64,000 nt of DNA from Flavobacteriales bacterium (lineage in GTDB: Bacteria > Bacteroidota > Bacteroidia > Flavobacteriales_F > PHOS-HE28): positions 38,756 to 102,755 of the forward strand of contig JADJQW010000004.1 in NCBI GenBank assembly GCA_016712535.1. The letters run 5' to 3'. The position numbers and the translations under genes were made by a program. Below, one piece after another: positions 35,574-45,017 of this stretch (within the stretch, counting starts at the first letter, position 1; every line of letters starts with the position of its first letter). Under the pieces are notes generated by a model, which did no database searches, was not told where the DNA came from, and saw only the letters and a program-made list of their open reading frames with translations.

Positions 35574-38500
35574 ATGACCGCGCGCCTGATGCTCCTAGCC
35601 ATGCTGCTCTTTGGGGCCATGGGCGCCTCAAGCCAGGTGTGCATCGCGGATCAGGACCAGCAATTCGATTCTTGCACAGGTGAGTTCTACGATTCGGGCG
35701 GCGGCGGCGGTAACTACGGCAACAACGAAGACGTGACCGTGACCATCTGCCCGGCCGGTGGCGCGGGCTCCGGTCCATTCACCTCCGTCCGGTTCATCTC
35801 GTGGAATGTGGCAGGCGGTCCGCCTCCGGGAGATCAGCTCGAGGTCTTCGATGGCGTGGGCATCGCTGGCCTTTTGCTGAATACGGGCACCAGCGCGAAT
35901 TCACTCGCCGGCCTCACCTTCACCAGCGCCGATGCCTCGGGCTGCCTCACCTTCCGTTGGCGCAGCGACATCGGCGGAACGGCAACGGGCTGGTTCGCGC
36001 GCATCGTCACCACGCCATGGCCAGGCACCAACGGCAATAGCACCGTTTGCTCGAACGGCGCGAATGTGAATCTCTTCAGCCTGCTCGGAAACACGCCTGA
36101 TCCCGGCGGGACATGGACCGCCCCTGGCGGTGCGCCGCATAGCGGAACCTTCGTTCCGGGCACCGATCCCGGCGGCGTTTACACCTACACGCATCCGGGC
36201 GTCGCCCCTTGTCCGGATGCCAGCGCCACGGTGTCCATGACCAAGGTGCTTGCGCCGAATGCGGGCACGAATGGAACGGCCACCTTCTGTGCGACCGGTA
36301 CTTCAGCTGCGCTGATCAATTTCCTCAGCGGATCGCCCGATCCCGGCGGAACCTGGTCCGGTCCGGGCGGAGCGCATAGCGGCACATTCAACCCGGCTTC
36401 TGATCCAGCAGGCACGTACACCTATACGGTCACTGGCACCTCGCCTTGCGCAAGTGCCTCAGCCTCGGTGATCGTCACGGTGAACACGCCGGCCAATGCG
36501 GGCACCAGCGGCAGCATCAGTGTCTGCAGCAACGATGCTGCATTCCAGCTGTTCAGCGTGCTCGGCGGCGGTCCTCAGCCCACTGGTGCCTGGACCGGTC
36601 CAGGCGGTGGGCCTGTAGTGGGCACCTATACCCCTGGCACTTCAACGCCCGGTGTGTACACCTATACGGTGCCCGGTGCGCCGCCTTGTCCATCGGCCGT
36701 GAGCACAGTAACGGTGCTGCAGACCACTGCGCCCAATGCCGGCCAATCGCGCAGCATAACGGTATGCAGCGACGATGCGCCTTTCAGCATGGTAGCGCAA
36801 TTACTCGGAACGCCCGACGGCGGTGGGAGCTGGGTGGGTCCGGGAGGCGCTCATGGAGATCAGTTCAATCCGGCGAATGACCTTGCTGGGGCGTACGTGT
36901 ACACTGCGGCTGGCGCTGGACCGTGCGCCAATGCTTCAGCGACGCTCACGATCACGGTGAACCAGCGGCCGAATGCGGGAACCAATGGCAGCATCACGCT
37001 TTGCTCCACAGATGGCGTCTTCAACCTTTTCACGGCCTTGGGCGGCAGCCCGAACGTAGGTGGCTCCTGGCGGGACCCAATGAACAACCCGCATTCAGGC
37101 AGCTTCACCCCGGGCAGCAGTTTGCCTGGCCTCTATAGTTACACGGTCACGAGCCTGCCGCCGTGCGCACCAAGCACCGCAACGGTGAACGTGTCGGTGA
37201 ACACCGCGCCGAACGCGGGGAATGGCTCCAGCATCACGCTCTGCTCGAACGATCCTGATGTGAACCTCTTCGCGCTGCTCTCGGGAAATCCGGATGGAGG
37301 CGGCTCGTGGACCGGACCAGGCGGTACGCACAACGGCACCTTCGACCCTGCTGGCGACCTGCCGGGCGCGTACACATACACCGTGCTCGGTCTGGCGCCT
37401 TGCGCGAATGCCGCAGCAACGATCACGGTGAACGTGAATCCGGCGCCCAACGCGGGCACGAATGGCAGCATCGCCGTTTGCGGCAACGATGCTTCGTTCA
37501 GCCTCTTCGGCGTGCTCGGCGGCTCGCCTGACGCCACCGGCACGTGGACCGCGCCGGGCGGTGGAGCCATTGGTGGGACCTTCGATCCCGCAACGAGCGC
37601 GCCGGGCGTTTACACTTATACCGTTACCGGCCTGGCGCCATGCGTACCCGCAACAGCCACCGTCACCGTGAACGTGGTTGCCCCGCCGGTTCCCGGAACC
37701 AACGGGAGCATAACGGTGTGCAGCAGCGACGCAGCCGTTGATCTATTCGGCCTGCTTGGTGGCGATCCGCAAACCGGCGGCACATGGACAGCTCCCGGAG
37801 GTGGCGCGCATAACGGCATCTATCAGCCAGGCGCGCAAGCGGGCGGCAACTACACGTACACCGTGCAGGGCGACAGCCCATGCGGTCCCTTGAGTGCCGT
37901 CGTGCAGGTGAACCGTGTGATCGCGCCCAATGCCGGCGTGAATGGGACCATCACCGTGTGCAGCACGAATGCGCCCTTCGGAATGTTGGGCGCGCTCGGC
38001 GGTAATCCGAATGGCACGGGCTTCTGGCTCGATGCCGCGAACCAGCCTGTCTCCGGCACATTCACGCCAGGCACCACTTCGCCGGGCACCTACAAGTACG
38101 TAGTGCTCGCCACGTCGCCATGCGTGAACGACACCGGCTTCGTAACGGTGAACGTGAACCAAGCGCCCAATGCAGGAACCAACGCTTCAACGGTGGTCTG
38201 CAGCAACGATGCGCCTTTCGAGCTGATCGATGTGCTCGGCGGGAATCCGGATGCCGGTGGCAGTTGGACGCGTCCGAACGGCACCGCGCACAGCGGCACA
38301 TTCACCCCCGGGCAGAGCTCACCTGGCGGCTACACCTATACGGTGTCGGGCCAGACCCCATGCTTGGCGGCAAGCGCCGTGGTGACGGTGAGCGTGACCA
38401 CCGCGCCGAACCCCGGCACTGGCGGATCACTCATACGCTGCAGCAACCAAGGGGAGGTGAACCTCTTCTTGCAACTCGGTGGCACTCCGAACAACGGTGG

Positions 38501-41500
38501 AACATGGAGCGGGCCGGGCGGTGCGCATTCGGGTTTCTTGGATCCCGCGACCGATGCTTCGGGTGACTACGTGTACACCGTTCAGGGCACCGCGCCCTGC
38601 ACCGATGCCACCTCAACAATAAACGTCACGGTCAACCCTGCGCCCAACGCAGGCGGCGATGGCAGCATCACGGTTTGCCAAGGCACGGCGAGCGTGGATC
38701 TGTTCACCGTGCTCACGGGCACCTTCGATCTGAATGGATCGTGGACCGAACAGGGTGCTCCCACGGGCCAGCTCAGCGGCAACTTCTTCAATTGTGGAAG
38801 CCTGCCGCCGGGCACCTACGAGTTCCGATATGACGTGCCGGGAATCGGCAGTTGCGCTGCCGACCATGCGCATGTGGATGTGATCATCGTGGCCCTGCTC
38901 GATGCGGGCACCAACGGCACGCTGCCCGCGTGCAGCAGCAACAGCTCGGTGATCCTATTCAATGGCTTGGGCGGCAATCCGCAGCCGGGTGGGCAATGGA
39001 TTGATCTCAACTCGACTGGGGCGCTGGATGGACAGGTTTTCAACGCCACGCTCGTTGCAGCCCCGGGCAGCTACCAGTTCCGTTACCGTCTCACAGGCGC
39101 TCTGAGCTGTACCGCTGATTCAGCAACGGTGACTGTGAGCGTGACTGCGGCCCAGAATCCGGGATGCAATGGCACGGCGGTGTTCTGCAGCACGGTGCAA
39201 TCGGCCCAGGGGCTCTTCGCCTACCTCGGCTGCAATCCGCAGGTCGGCGGTCAATGGAAGCGAAACAGCCCCAACGGCGCGCCGTTCAGCGGCTCTTACG
39301 TCCCATCGATGGATGATCCCGGAACGTTCTTCTACGTTTTCAACCAAGGCCCGCCTTGCACCACGGTGTTCGCGTCGGTGACTGTGACCGAGGAGGATGG
39401 TCCAGTGGCGGGCGAGCCCAACTCCGTGCAATTGTGCAGCAGCGATCCGGCCTTCAACATGACGGCCGCGCTCAATGGGACCCCTGATGCTGGCGGGCAA
39501 TGGTTCTTCAACAACCAACCGCACGGATCGACCTTCACGCCGGGGCTCGATGCGCAGGGCGTCTATGAGTACAGGGTCGCGGGCACGCCGCCCTGCACCT
39601 TGGTCTCTGCATCTCTCACGGTAAGCGTGACCACAACCGCGAATGCAGGTTGCAACGCATCCGTGAGCACCTGCACTAACTCTCCGCCCTTCCTGCTCTA
39701 CTCCGGCCTGACCTGCAATCCGGACAACAACGGCTTCTGGCTCGCACCTGGTTTGGTGCCTCACCCTTCTGGGATCTTCACCCCCGGATCGAGCGCGCCC
39801 GGGGATTATCTGTATGTCGTTACGGGCGATGCACCTTGCTCGAACGACACCGCCCTCGTGAGTGTTTTCGTGGACCCTGCGCCGAACGCAGGTTGCCCAG
39901 GCCCGGCCTCACTCTGCACCGGAGGCCCCACAGTGAATCTCTTCAACTACTTGGGCTGCTCGCCCGATCCCTTCGGTACATGGGTGGGCCCTGCATCGTC
40001 AGGCAATCCGCCATTCAGTGGCTCCTTCACGCCCGGGGTGAGTGCTCCCGGCTTATACACCTACACGGTGACGAATAGCTGCGGCTCAGCATCGAGCACG
40101 GTCACCGTAGCCGTTGGCATTCCCGGCAATGCAGGCTGCAATGGCGCAGTCACGAAATGCTCCAACGACGGTGCGTTCGACATGCGCCTGTTCCTCGGAT
40201 GCAATCCAGCCTTGGGCGGAACATGGCGCGGTCCATTGCCGAGCACCGCCAGCGTGAGCCAGGTCTTCTCGCCGGGTACGAGCTTGCCAGGCACCTACGA
40301 ATACGTGGTGATGGGCACGGGCAGCTGCCCGGTGGCCACTGCAACGCTCACCGTCACCATCACGCCTTTCCGGGAGGCCGGTGCGGGAACGAGTATATCG
40401 TTGTGCGAGACGGATGGCGCCACGCCGCTCTTCCCGCTGCTTGGGCCAACCGCGATGGCCGGCGGTCAGTGGTTCTTCAATAGCGTCACGCCTCATTCGG
40501 GCACCGTGCTGCCGAGCATTGATCAGTCGGGCAATTACGTGTACCGCCATGCGGCTGCCGGTGGATGCCCGAAAGATTCGGCGGTGGTCGCAGTCACCAT
40601 CCATGCCCAGCCGACTGCGGGCTGCGATTCGCTGACAACCACCTGCAGCAGCGCGCCGCCTTTCCTTCTGTTCAATCTTCTGACCTGCTCCCCGGATGCC
40701 AACGGCGCATGGTTCAACCCATCAGGCGGCACCCACACCGGGATTTTCTCGCCCGGCATCGATGTGAGCGGCGCATACAAGTACCGCGTCCCGGGCAATA
40801 ACGGTTGCGGCGCCGATTCGGCCTATATAACGGTGCAGCAATTCACTGCCGTTGATGCCGGCGGGAACGGTGTCGCCCTCGTGTGCAGCAACGCCCCGCC
40901 CATCGAGCTCTTCGATCTCCTGCAAGGCGCACCGCAGCCTGGCGGGACCTGGTATGATCCAACAGGTGCTGCGCATAGCGGCTTGGGCACCTACACGCCC
41001 GGTGTTTCGCAAGCCGGCCAGTACAAGTACAAGGTTTTCGGTACGAGCCCTTGCTCCAATGACAGTGCATTCGTGAATGTGCTGGAGAGCGCAGCTCCGG
41101 ATCCCGGTATTTCCACGCTCGGCCCCTTGTGCAGCAGCCAAGGTCCGGTGGCGCTCATCGCCTTGCTGGGCGGCACACCCGATGGCAATGGCACGTGGTC
41201 GTACAACAACGATCCCATCGGCCCAGTGATCGATCCGGATACGGCCGCGCAAGGGCAATACACGTATACGGTTCCGGGTGTCTTCCCTTGCACGAGCCAG
41301 AGCGCCACGGTGGTGATCACCATAACGGATCAGGCAGTTGCAGGCGTTGGTGGTTCGATCACGGCATGCGAAGGATCAACGAGCATCGACCTGTATGATG
41401 GCCTGAGCGGCTACACGCCCGGAGGGGTCTGGAGCAACAACTGCGGCCTCGGCTTGCTCAATGGAGGGATCTTCGATGCGAGCACCTTGGTCGCCGGCCA

Positions 41501-44093
41501 AGGCTGCGCATTCACGTATGCGCATGCTGCCGATGGGCCTTGCCCGGCCACGAGCGCAACCGTGAGCCTCGGCATCGTCACAGCGCTTGATGCGGGCGGC
41601 GATAGTTCCTTGCAAGCCTGCCGCGGCGATGTGCTCGACCTGTTCGCACTGCTGGGCGGATCCCCGCAAGCAGGCGGCTGCTTCGTGAATGTGGACAACG
41701 CTTCGGGCGTGAATGGCTGCTTCATCTTCAACACCAGCGCCGTTGCGGGCGGTAGCACTTGGCGATTCGATTACGTGCTCCCATCGCTGCCGCAATGCGT
41801 GGGTGATACCGCCCGTGTGACGATTGAGGTGCTCGACGGGCCTTGGGCAGGCGTGGGCAACCAGTTGTCATCCTGTTCGATCAGCGCTCCGATCAATCTT
41901 GGCAATGGCCTTTCGGGCGGGCCGGATGCCGGCGGCCAATGGTTCAACCAGAACTGGGTCGCGATTCCAGCCACCTATTTCCCAGGCAATGGATCCGGGG
42001 TGTTCCATTACGTAGTGGGCGGCGGTGGCATCTGCCCTGCTGATACGGCCACGGTTGAGCTGACCGTCACGCCGGCCTCGAATGCCGGCCTGAGCACCCC
42101 ATTCTCGATCTGCTCCACCGATGGGCCTGTCAACCTTTTCGGTCTGCTTGGGCCGAATGCGCAAGCTGGCGGCAGTTGGCAATACACCTCCGTGGTGCCA
42201 GCAGTAGGCCATAGCGGCGTGTACAACCCTCAGATCGACTCGCCTGGCAATTATGTGTACACCGTGCTCGGCAACAACCCCTGTCCGAATGCTACCGCCA
42301 CGGTTGTGGTGGCCGAACCGCAAGCGCCGAATGCAGGAACCGATGCCGCCGTGGCACTGTGCAGCAACGGAGCTTCCGTATTGATGCGGACCCTATTGGG
42401 GGGGCAGCCCGCAGCCAGCGGTTCGTGGGTTTATGTGACTGGAGGGAACGTGCCGCACGGTGAGAACTTCGATCCGGCGACTGATCTGCCGGGCGAGTAC
42501 CTCTACACCGTTGTTGGCGACGCCCCTTGCCCCAATGCCAGCGCAACGCTCGTGCTCGCGGTGAATCCCGCCACCAACGCCGGGACCAGTGATACCCTTC
42601 AGGCCTGCCTGTCGCAAACCGACATCGAGCTCTTCGCTGCGCTTGGGGCGGGGGCACAGGCTGGCGGCATCTGGGAGGATGTGAACGGTTCGGGCGCATT
42701 CGATGGCAACAGCTTCAATCCCTCCCAAGCCGGCAATGGAAGCTGGCCATTCAGCTATGCGGTAGCGGGCATCTCGCCTTGCACGACTTCCGTGGCCACC
42801 ATCACCGTCGATGTGGGCGTTGGCGGCGCAGCTGGCGGCGATAGCATCGTTGTGGTTTGCGGCAACCTCACGGCCTTCGACCTCTTCACCGCTTTGAGCG
42901 GTAGCCCGCAGACGGGCGGTTCATGGACCGATGGATTCGGAACCGGAGCGCTTGGCCCTGATGGCATCTTGAATCCGAGCTTGTTGCCCACCGGCGGGCA
43001 GTTCCCCTTCACCTACACTATCAACGACCCCGCTTGCGGCTTGGTCACGGCCGTTGTGCGCGTCACGGCGGCGCCTTATCCCGTGGCGGGCACCGGTGCG
43101 AACCTCACGCTCTGCAGCACATCGAGCACCGTCGATCTCTTCAGTCAACTCGCCGGCAATCCCGATGTTGATGGAAGCTGGACCAACCCGAGCGGGCAAG
43201 CTCACGGCGATTTCTTCATCCCCGGCACGCATGCGCCAGGCAATTACACCTACACGGTTGCTGGCACCGCACCTTGCATCGACGCGAGCGCTGTCGTGGG
43301 CATCAGCGTGAATGAACCGCCTGATGCCGGGTCGGATGGCACTTTGCTCGCGTGCGATACGGTGCAGGCGCTCGACCTCATCGCTGGGCTGCAAGGATCT
43401 CCGCAAGCCGGTGGAATCTGGCAGGATGTAAATGGGTCCGGCGGCCTATCGGGCGGTACGCTCAATACAACGGGCATCGATCCGGGCACCTATGCCTATA
43501 GCTACACCGTGACCGTACCCGGGTGTGCGCCGGCTGCGGCTCAGGTGAGCGTGAACGTGGTGGGCGGGGTTGAGGTGGGCGATGTGCAGCGCGAGTGCAT
43601 CACGCGTGACCGGACCTATGTCGTCACCTTCACCATCACGGAAGGCGATGCCGCCACCTATGAAGTGATCGGCCTCACAGGGAGCATCAGCGCATCGGCA
43701 CCATTCACCTTCACCAGCGAGCCGCTGCTCACCGGTCAGGATTTCGAGGCTTTCGTGCGCGATCAGTACGGCTGCTCCGAAGTGCGCATCACTGGAGCCA
43801 CCCCTTGCGACTTCGCCAACGATGTGTTCGTGCCAGAGAGCTTCTCGCCCAACGGAGACGGCACCAACGACCGTTTCGTGATCCCTGGCATCGAAGGATT
43901 CCCGAGCAACAGCATCATCATCTTCAACCGCTGGGGCGCTGAGCTTTACGAGGCTTCGGCCTACGACAACAAAGCAGTGGTGTGGGATGGCAGCACCGCG
44001 CAGGGCGAGGCGCCCGCAGGCACTTACTTCTACGTGCTCGATCTGGGCAACGGCAAGGATGCCCTCACGGGCTTCATCTACCTGAACCGATGA
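35574..44093 (+). CDS. Giant (about 2840 aa) repeat protein with N-terminal CUB-like domain and T9SS type B C-terminal sorting domain
   Basis: Signal peptide MTARLMLLAMLLFGAMGASSQ. CUB-like segment CTGEFYDSGG ... DQLEVFDG ... CLTFRWRSDIGGTATGWFARI. About 30 modules of about 76 aa (hand count) of the form NAGTNGSITVCS-x-D ... LF-x-x-LGG-x-PD-x-GG-x-W ... PG-x-YTYTV-x-G-x-x-PC. C-terminus FSPNGDGTNDRFVIPGIEGFPSNSIIIFNRWGAELY ... GTYFYVLDL ... LTGFIYLNR. Confidence 0.88.
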   Translation: MTARLMLLAMLLFGAMGASSQVCIADQDQQFDSCTGEFYDSGGGGGNYGNNEDVTVTICPAGGAGSGPFTSVRFISWNVAGGPPPGDQLEVFDGVGIAGLLLNTGTSANSLAGLTFTSADASGCLTFRWRSDIGGTATGWFARIVTTPWPGTNGNSTVCSNGANVNLFSLLGNTPDPGGTWTAPGGAPHSGTFVPGTDPGGVYTYTHPGVAPCPDASATVSMTKVLAPNAGTNGTATFCATGTSAALINFLSGSPDPGGTWSGPGGAHSGTFNPASDPAGTYTYTVTGTSPCASASASVIVTVNTPANAGTSGSISVCSNDAAFQLFSVLGGGPQPTGAWTGPGGGPVVGTYTPGTSTPGVYTYTVPGAPPCPSAVSTVTVLQTTAPNAGQSRSITVCSDDAPFSMVAQLLGTPDGGGSWVGPGGAHGDQFNPANDLAGAYVYTAAGAGPCANASATLTITVNQRPNAGTNGSITLCSTDGVFNLFTALGGSPNVGGSWRDPMNNPHSGSFTPGSSLPGLYSYTVTSLPPCAPSTATVNVSVNTAPNAGNGSSITLCSNDPDVNLFALLSGNPDGGGSWTGPGGTHNGTFDPAGDLPGAYTYTVLGLAPCANAAATITVNVNPAPNAGTNGSIAVCGNDASFSLFGVLGGSPDATGTWTAPGGGAIGGTFDPATSAPGVYTYTVTGLAPCVPATATVTVNVVAPPVPGTNGSITVCSSDAAVDLFGLLGGDPQTGGTWTAPGGGAHNGIYQPGAQAGGNYTYTVQGDSPCGPLSAVVQVNRVIAPNAGVNGTITVCSTNAPFGMLGALGGNPNGTGFWLDAANQPVSGTFTPGTTSPGTYKYVVLATSPCVNDTGFVTVNVNQAPNAGTNASTVVCSNDAPFELIDVLGGNPDAGGSWTRPNGTAHSGTFTPGQSSPGGYTYTVSGQTPCLAASAVVTVSVTTAPNPGTGGSLIRCSNQGEVNLFLQLGGTPNNGGTWSGPGGAHSGFLDPATDASGDYVYTVQGTAPCTDATSTINVTVNPAPNAGGDGSITVCQGTASVDLFTVLTGTFDLNGSWTEQGAPTGQLSGNFFNCGSLPPGTYEFRYDVPGIGSCAADHAHVDVIIVALLDAGTNGTLPACSSNSSVILFNGLGGNPQPGGQWIDLNSTGALDGQVFNATLVAAPGSYQFRYRLTGALSCTADSATVTVSVTAAQNPGCNGTAVFCSTVQSAQGLFAYLGCNPQVGGQWKRNSPNGAPFSGSYVPSMDDPGTFFYVFNQGPPCTTVFASVTVTEEDGPVAGEPNSVQLCSSDPAFNMTAALNGTPDAGGQWFFNNQPHGSTFTPGLDAQGVYEYRVAGTPPCTLVSASLTVSVTTTANAGCNASVSTCTNSPPFLLYSGLTCNPDNNGFWLAPGLVPHPSGIFTPGSSAPGDYLYVVTGDAPCSNDTALVSVFVDPAPNAGCPGPASLCTGGPTVNLFNYLGCSPDPFGTWVGPASSGNPPFSGSFTPGVSAPGLYTYTVTNSCGSASSTVTVAVGIPGNAGCNGAVTKCSNDGAFDMRLFLGCNPALGGTWRGPLPSTASVSQVFSPGTSLPGTYEYVVMGTGSCPVATATLTVTITPFREAGAGTSISLCETDGATPLFPLLGPTAMAGGQWFFNSVTPHSGTVLPSIDQSGNYVYRHAAAGGCPKDSAVVAVTIHAQPTAGCDSLTTTCSSAPPFLLFNLLTCSPDANGAWFNPSGGTHTGIFSPGIDVSGAYKYRVPGNNGCGADSAYITVQQFTAVDAGGNGVALVCSNAPPIELFDLLQGAPQPGGTWYDPTGAAHSGLGTYTPGVSQAGQYKYKVFGTSPCSNDSAFVNVLESAAPDPGISTLGPLCSSQGPVALIALLGGTPDGNGTWSYNNDPIGPVIDPDTAAQGQYTYTVPGVFPCTSQSATVVITITDQAVAGVGGSITACEGSTSIDLYDGLSGYTPGGVWSNNCGLGLLNGGIFDASTLVAGQGCAFTYAHAADGPCPATSATVSLGIVTALDAGGDSSLQACRGDVLDLFALLGGSPQAGGCFVNVDNASGVNGCFIFNTSAVAGGSTWRFDYVLPSLPQCVGDTARVTIEVLDGPWAGVGNQLSSCSISAPINLGNGLSGGPDAGGQWFNQNWVAIPATYFPGNGSGVFHYVVGGGGICPADTATVELTVTPASNAGLSTPFSICSTDGPVNLFGLLGPNAQAGGSWQYTSVVPAVGHSGVYNPQIDSPGNYVYTVLGNNPCPNATATVVVAEPQAPNAGTDAAVALCSNGASVLMRTLLGGQPAASGSWVYVTGGNVPHGENFDPATDLPGEYLYTVVGDAPCPNASATLVLAVNPATNAGTSDTLQACLSQTDIELFAALGAGAQAGGIWEDVNGSGAFDGNSFNPSQAGNGSWPFSYAVAGISPCTTSVATITVDVGVGGAAGGDSIVVVCGNLTAFDLFTALSGSPQTGGSWTDGFGTGALGPDGILNPSLLPTGGQFPFTYTINDPACGLVTAVVRVTAAPYPVAGTGANLTLCSTSSTVDLFSQLAGNPDVDGSWTNPSGQAHGDFFIPGTHAPGNYTYTVAGTAPCIDASAVVGISVNEPPDAGSDGTLLACDTVQALDLIAGLQGSPQAGGIWQDVNGSGGLSGGTLNTTGIDPGTYAYSYTVTVPGCAPAAAQVSVNVVGGVEVGDVQRECITRDRTYVVTFTITEGDAATYEVIGLTGSISASAPFTFTSEPLLTGQDFEAFVRDQYGCSEVRITGATPCDFANDVFVPESFSPNGDGTNDRFVIPGIEGFPSNSIIIFNRWGAELYEASAYDNKAVVWDGSTAQGEAPAGTYFYVLDLGNGKDALTGFIYLNR

Positions 44094-45013
44094 GGAGCCT
44101 CATCCGCATAGCCGTTCTTGCCCTTGCGCTCATCGTCATGCGCGCATCCTATGCGCAGCAGGACCCGCTGTACAGCCAGTACATGTTCAACATGCTGGCG
44201 GTGAACCCGGCCTATGCGGGCAGCGCGGATATCTTCACGGCGATGGCGCTGAGCCGCCACCAATGGGTGGGCTTCGCGGGCGCGCCCAGCACGCAGACCC
44301 TGCTAGCTCACACGCCGCTGAAGAAGGAGAGCATGGCGCTGGGCCTCTCGGTGCTCAATGATCGGATCGGCCCTACGCGGCAGACGGGCTTCTATGGCGA
44401 TTACGCCTACCGTATCCGCACCGGCAAGGACACTCGTCTTGCCTTCGGCCTGAAGGGCGGCGCCAACCTCTATCAAGCCGATCTGGCCACGTTGGCCACT
44501 GTTGATCCCGATGCCGCCAATGCAAGCGTGCAAGGGAAGTGGCTGCCCAACTTCGGCTTCGGCCTTTTCTGGCATTCACCTGCCTACTATGTCGGCATCA
44601 GTGCACCGAAGCTGCTGCAGAACGAGATCGACGCGATACCCGCAGCGGGCATCGTGACCGCGGTGGAGCGCAGGCATTGGTTCCTCGCAGCCGGTTATGT
44701 GCTTGATATCGACCGCAGCGTGAAGTTCAAGCCCTCGATGATGCTGCGCATGGTGCAAGGAGCGCCGCTCTCGGTGGATGTGAATGCGAACTTCCTCTTC
44801 CGTGAGCGCATCTGGCTGGGCGCCATGTACCGCCTTGGCAATGCCTTCGGCGTGCTCGGGCAATACCAGGTGAACGACCAGCTGCGCATCGGCTACGCGT
44901 TCGACCTCACCACCACGCGCATCGGCGCATACAACGCTGGGACGCACGAGCTCATGCTCAATTACGACCTGCGCTTCTTCACCGGACGGGCCTCCTCGCC
45001 GCGCTACTTCTGA
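44090..45013 (+). CDS. PorP/SprF-family T9SS outer-membrane protein
   Basis: The ATG overlaps the cargo stop (ATGA). Signature QQDPLYSQYMFNMLAVNPAYAGS and C-terminal NAGTHELMLNY. Confidence 0.9.
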   Translation: MRSLIRIAVLALALIVMRASYAQQDPLYSQYMFNMLAVNPAYAGSADIFTAMALSRHQWVGFAGAPSTQTLLAHTPLKKESMALGLSVLNDRIGPTRQTGFYGDYAYRIRTGKDTRLAFGLKGGANLYQADLATLATVDPDAANASVQGKWLPNFGFGLFWHSPAYYVGISAPKLLQNEIDAIPAAGIVTAVERRHWFLAAGYVLDIDRSVKFKPSMMLRMVQGAPLSVDVNANFLFRERIWLGAMYRLGNAFGVLGQYQVNDQLRIGYAFDLTTTRIGAYNAGTHELMLNYDLRFFTGRASSPRYF

Positions 45014-45017
45014 ACCC

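Noticed and set aside
25135-44093. Strong sequence periodicity that could be mistaken for a CRISPR or satellite array
   Set aside because: The ~230-bp period is in frame, diverged and corresponds to protein modules within uninterrupted ORFs of 3107 and about 2840 codons. There is no short identical repeat with unique spacers.
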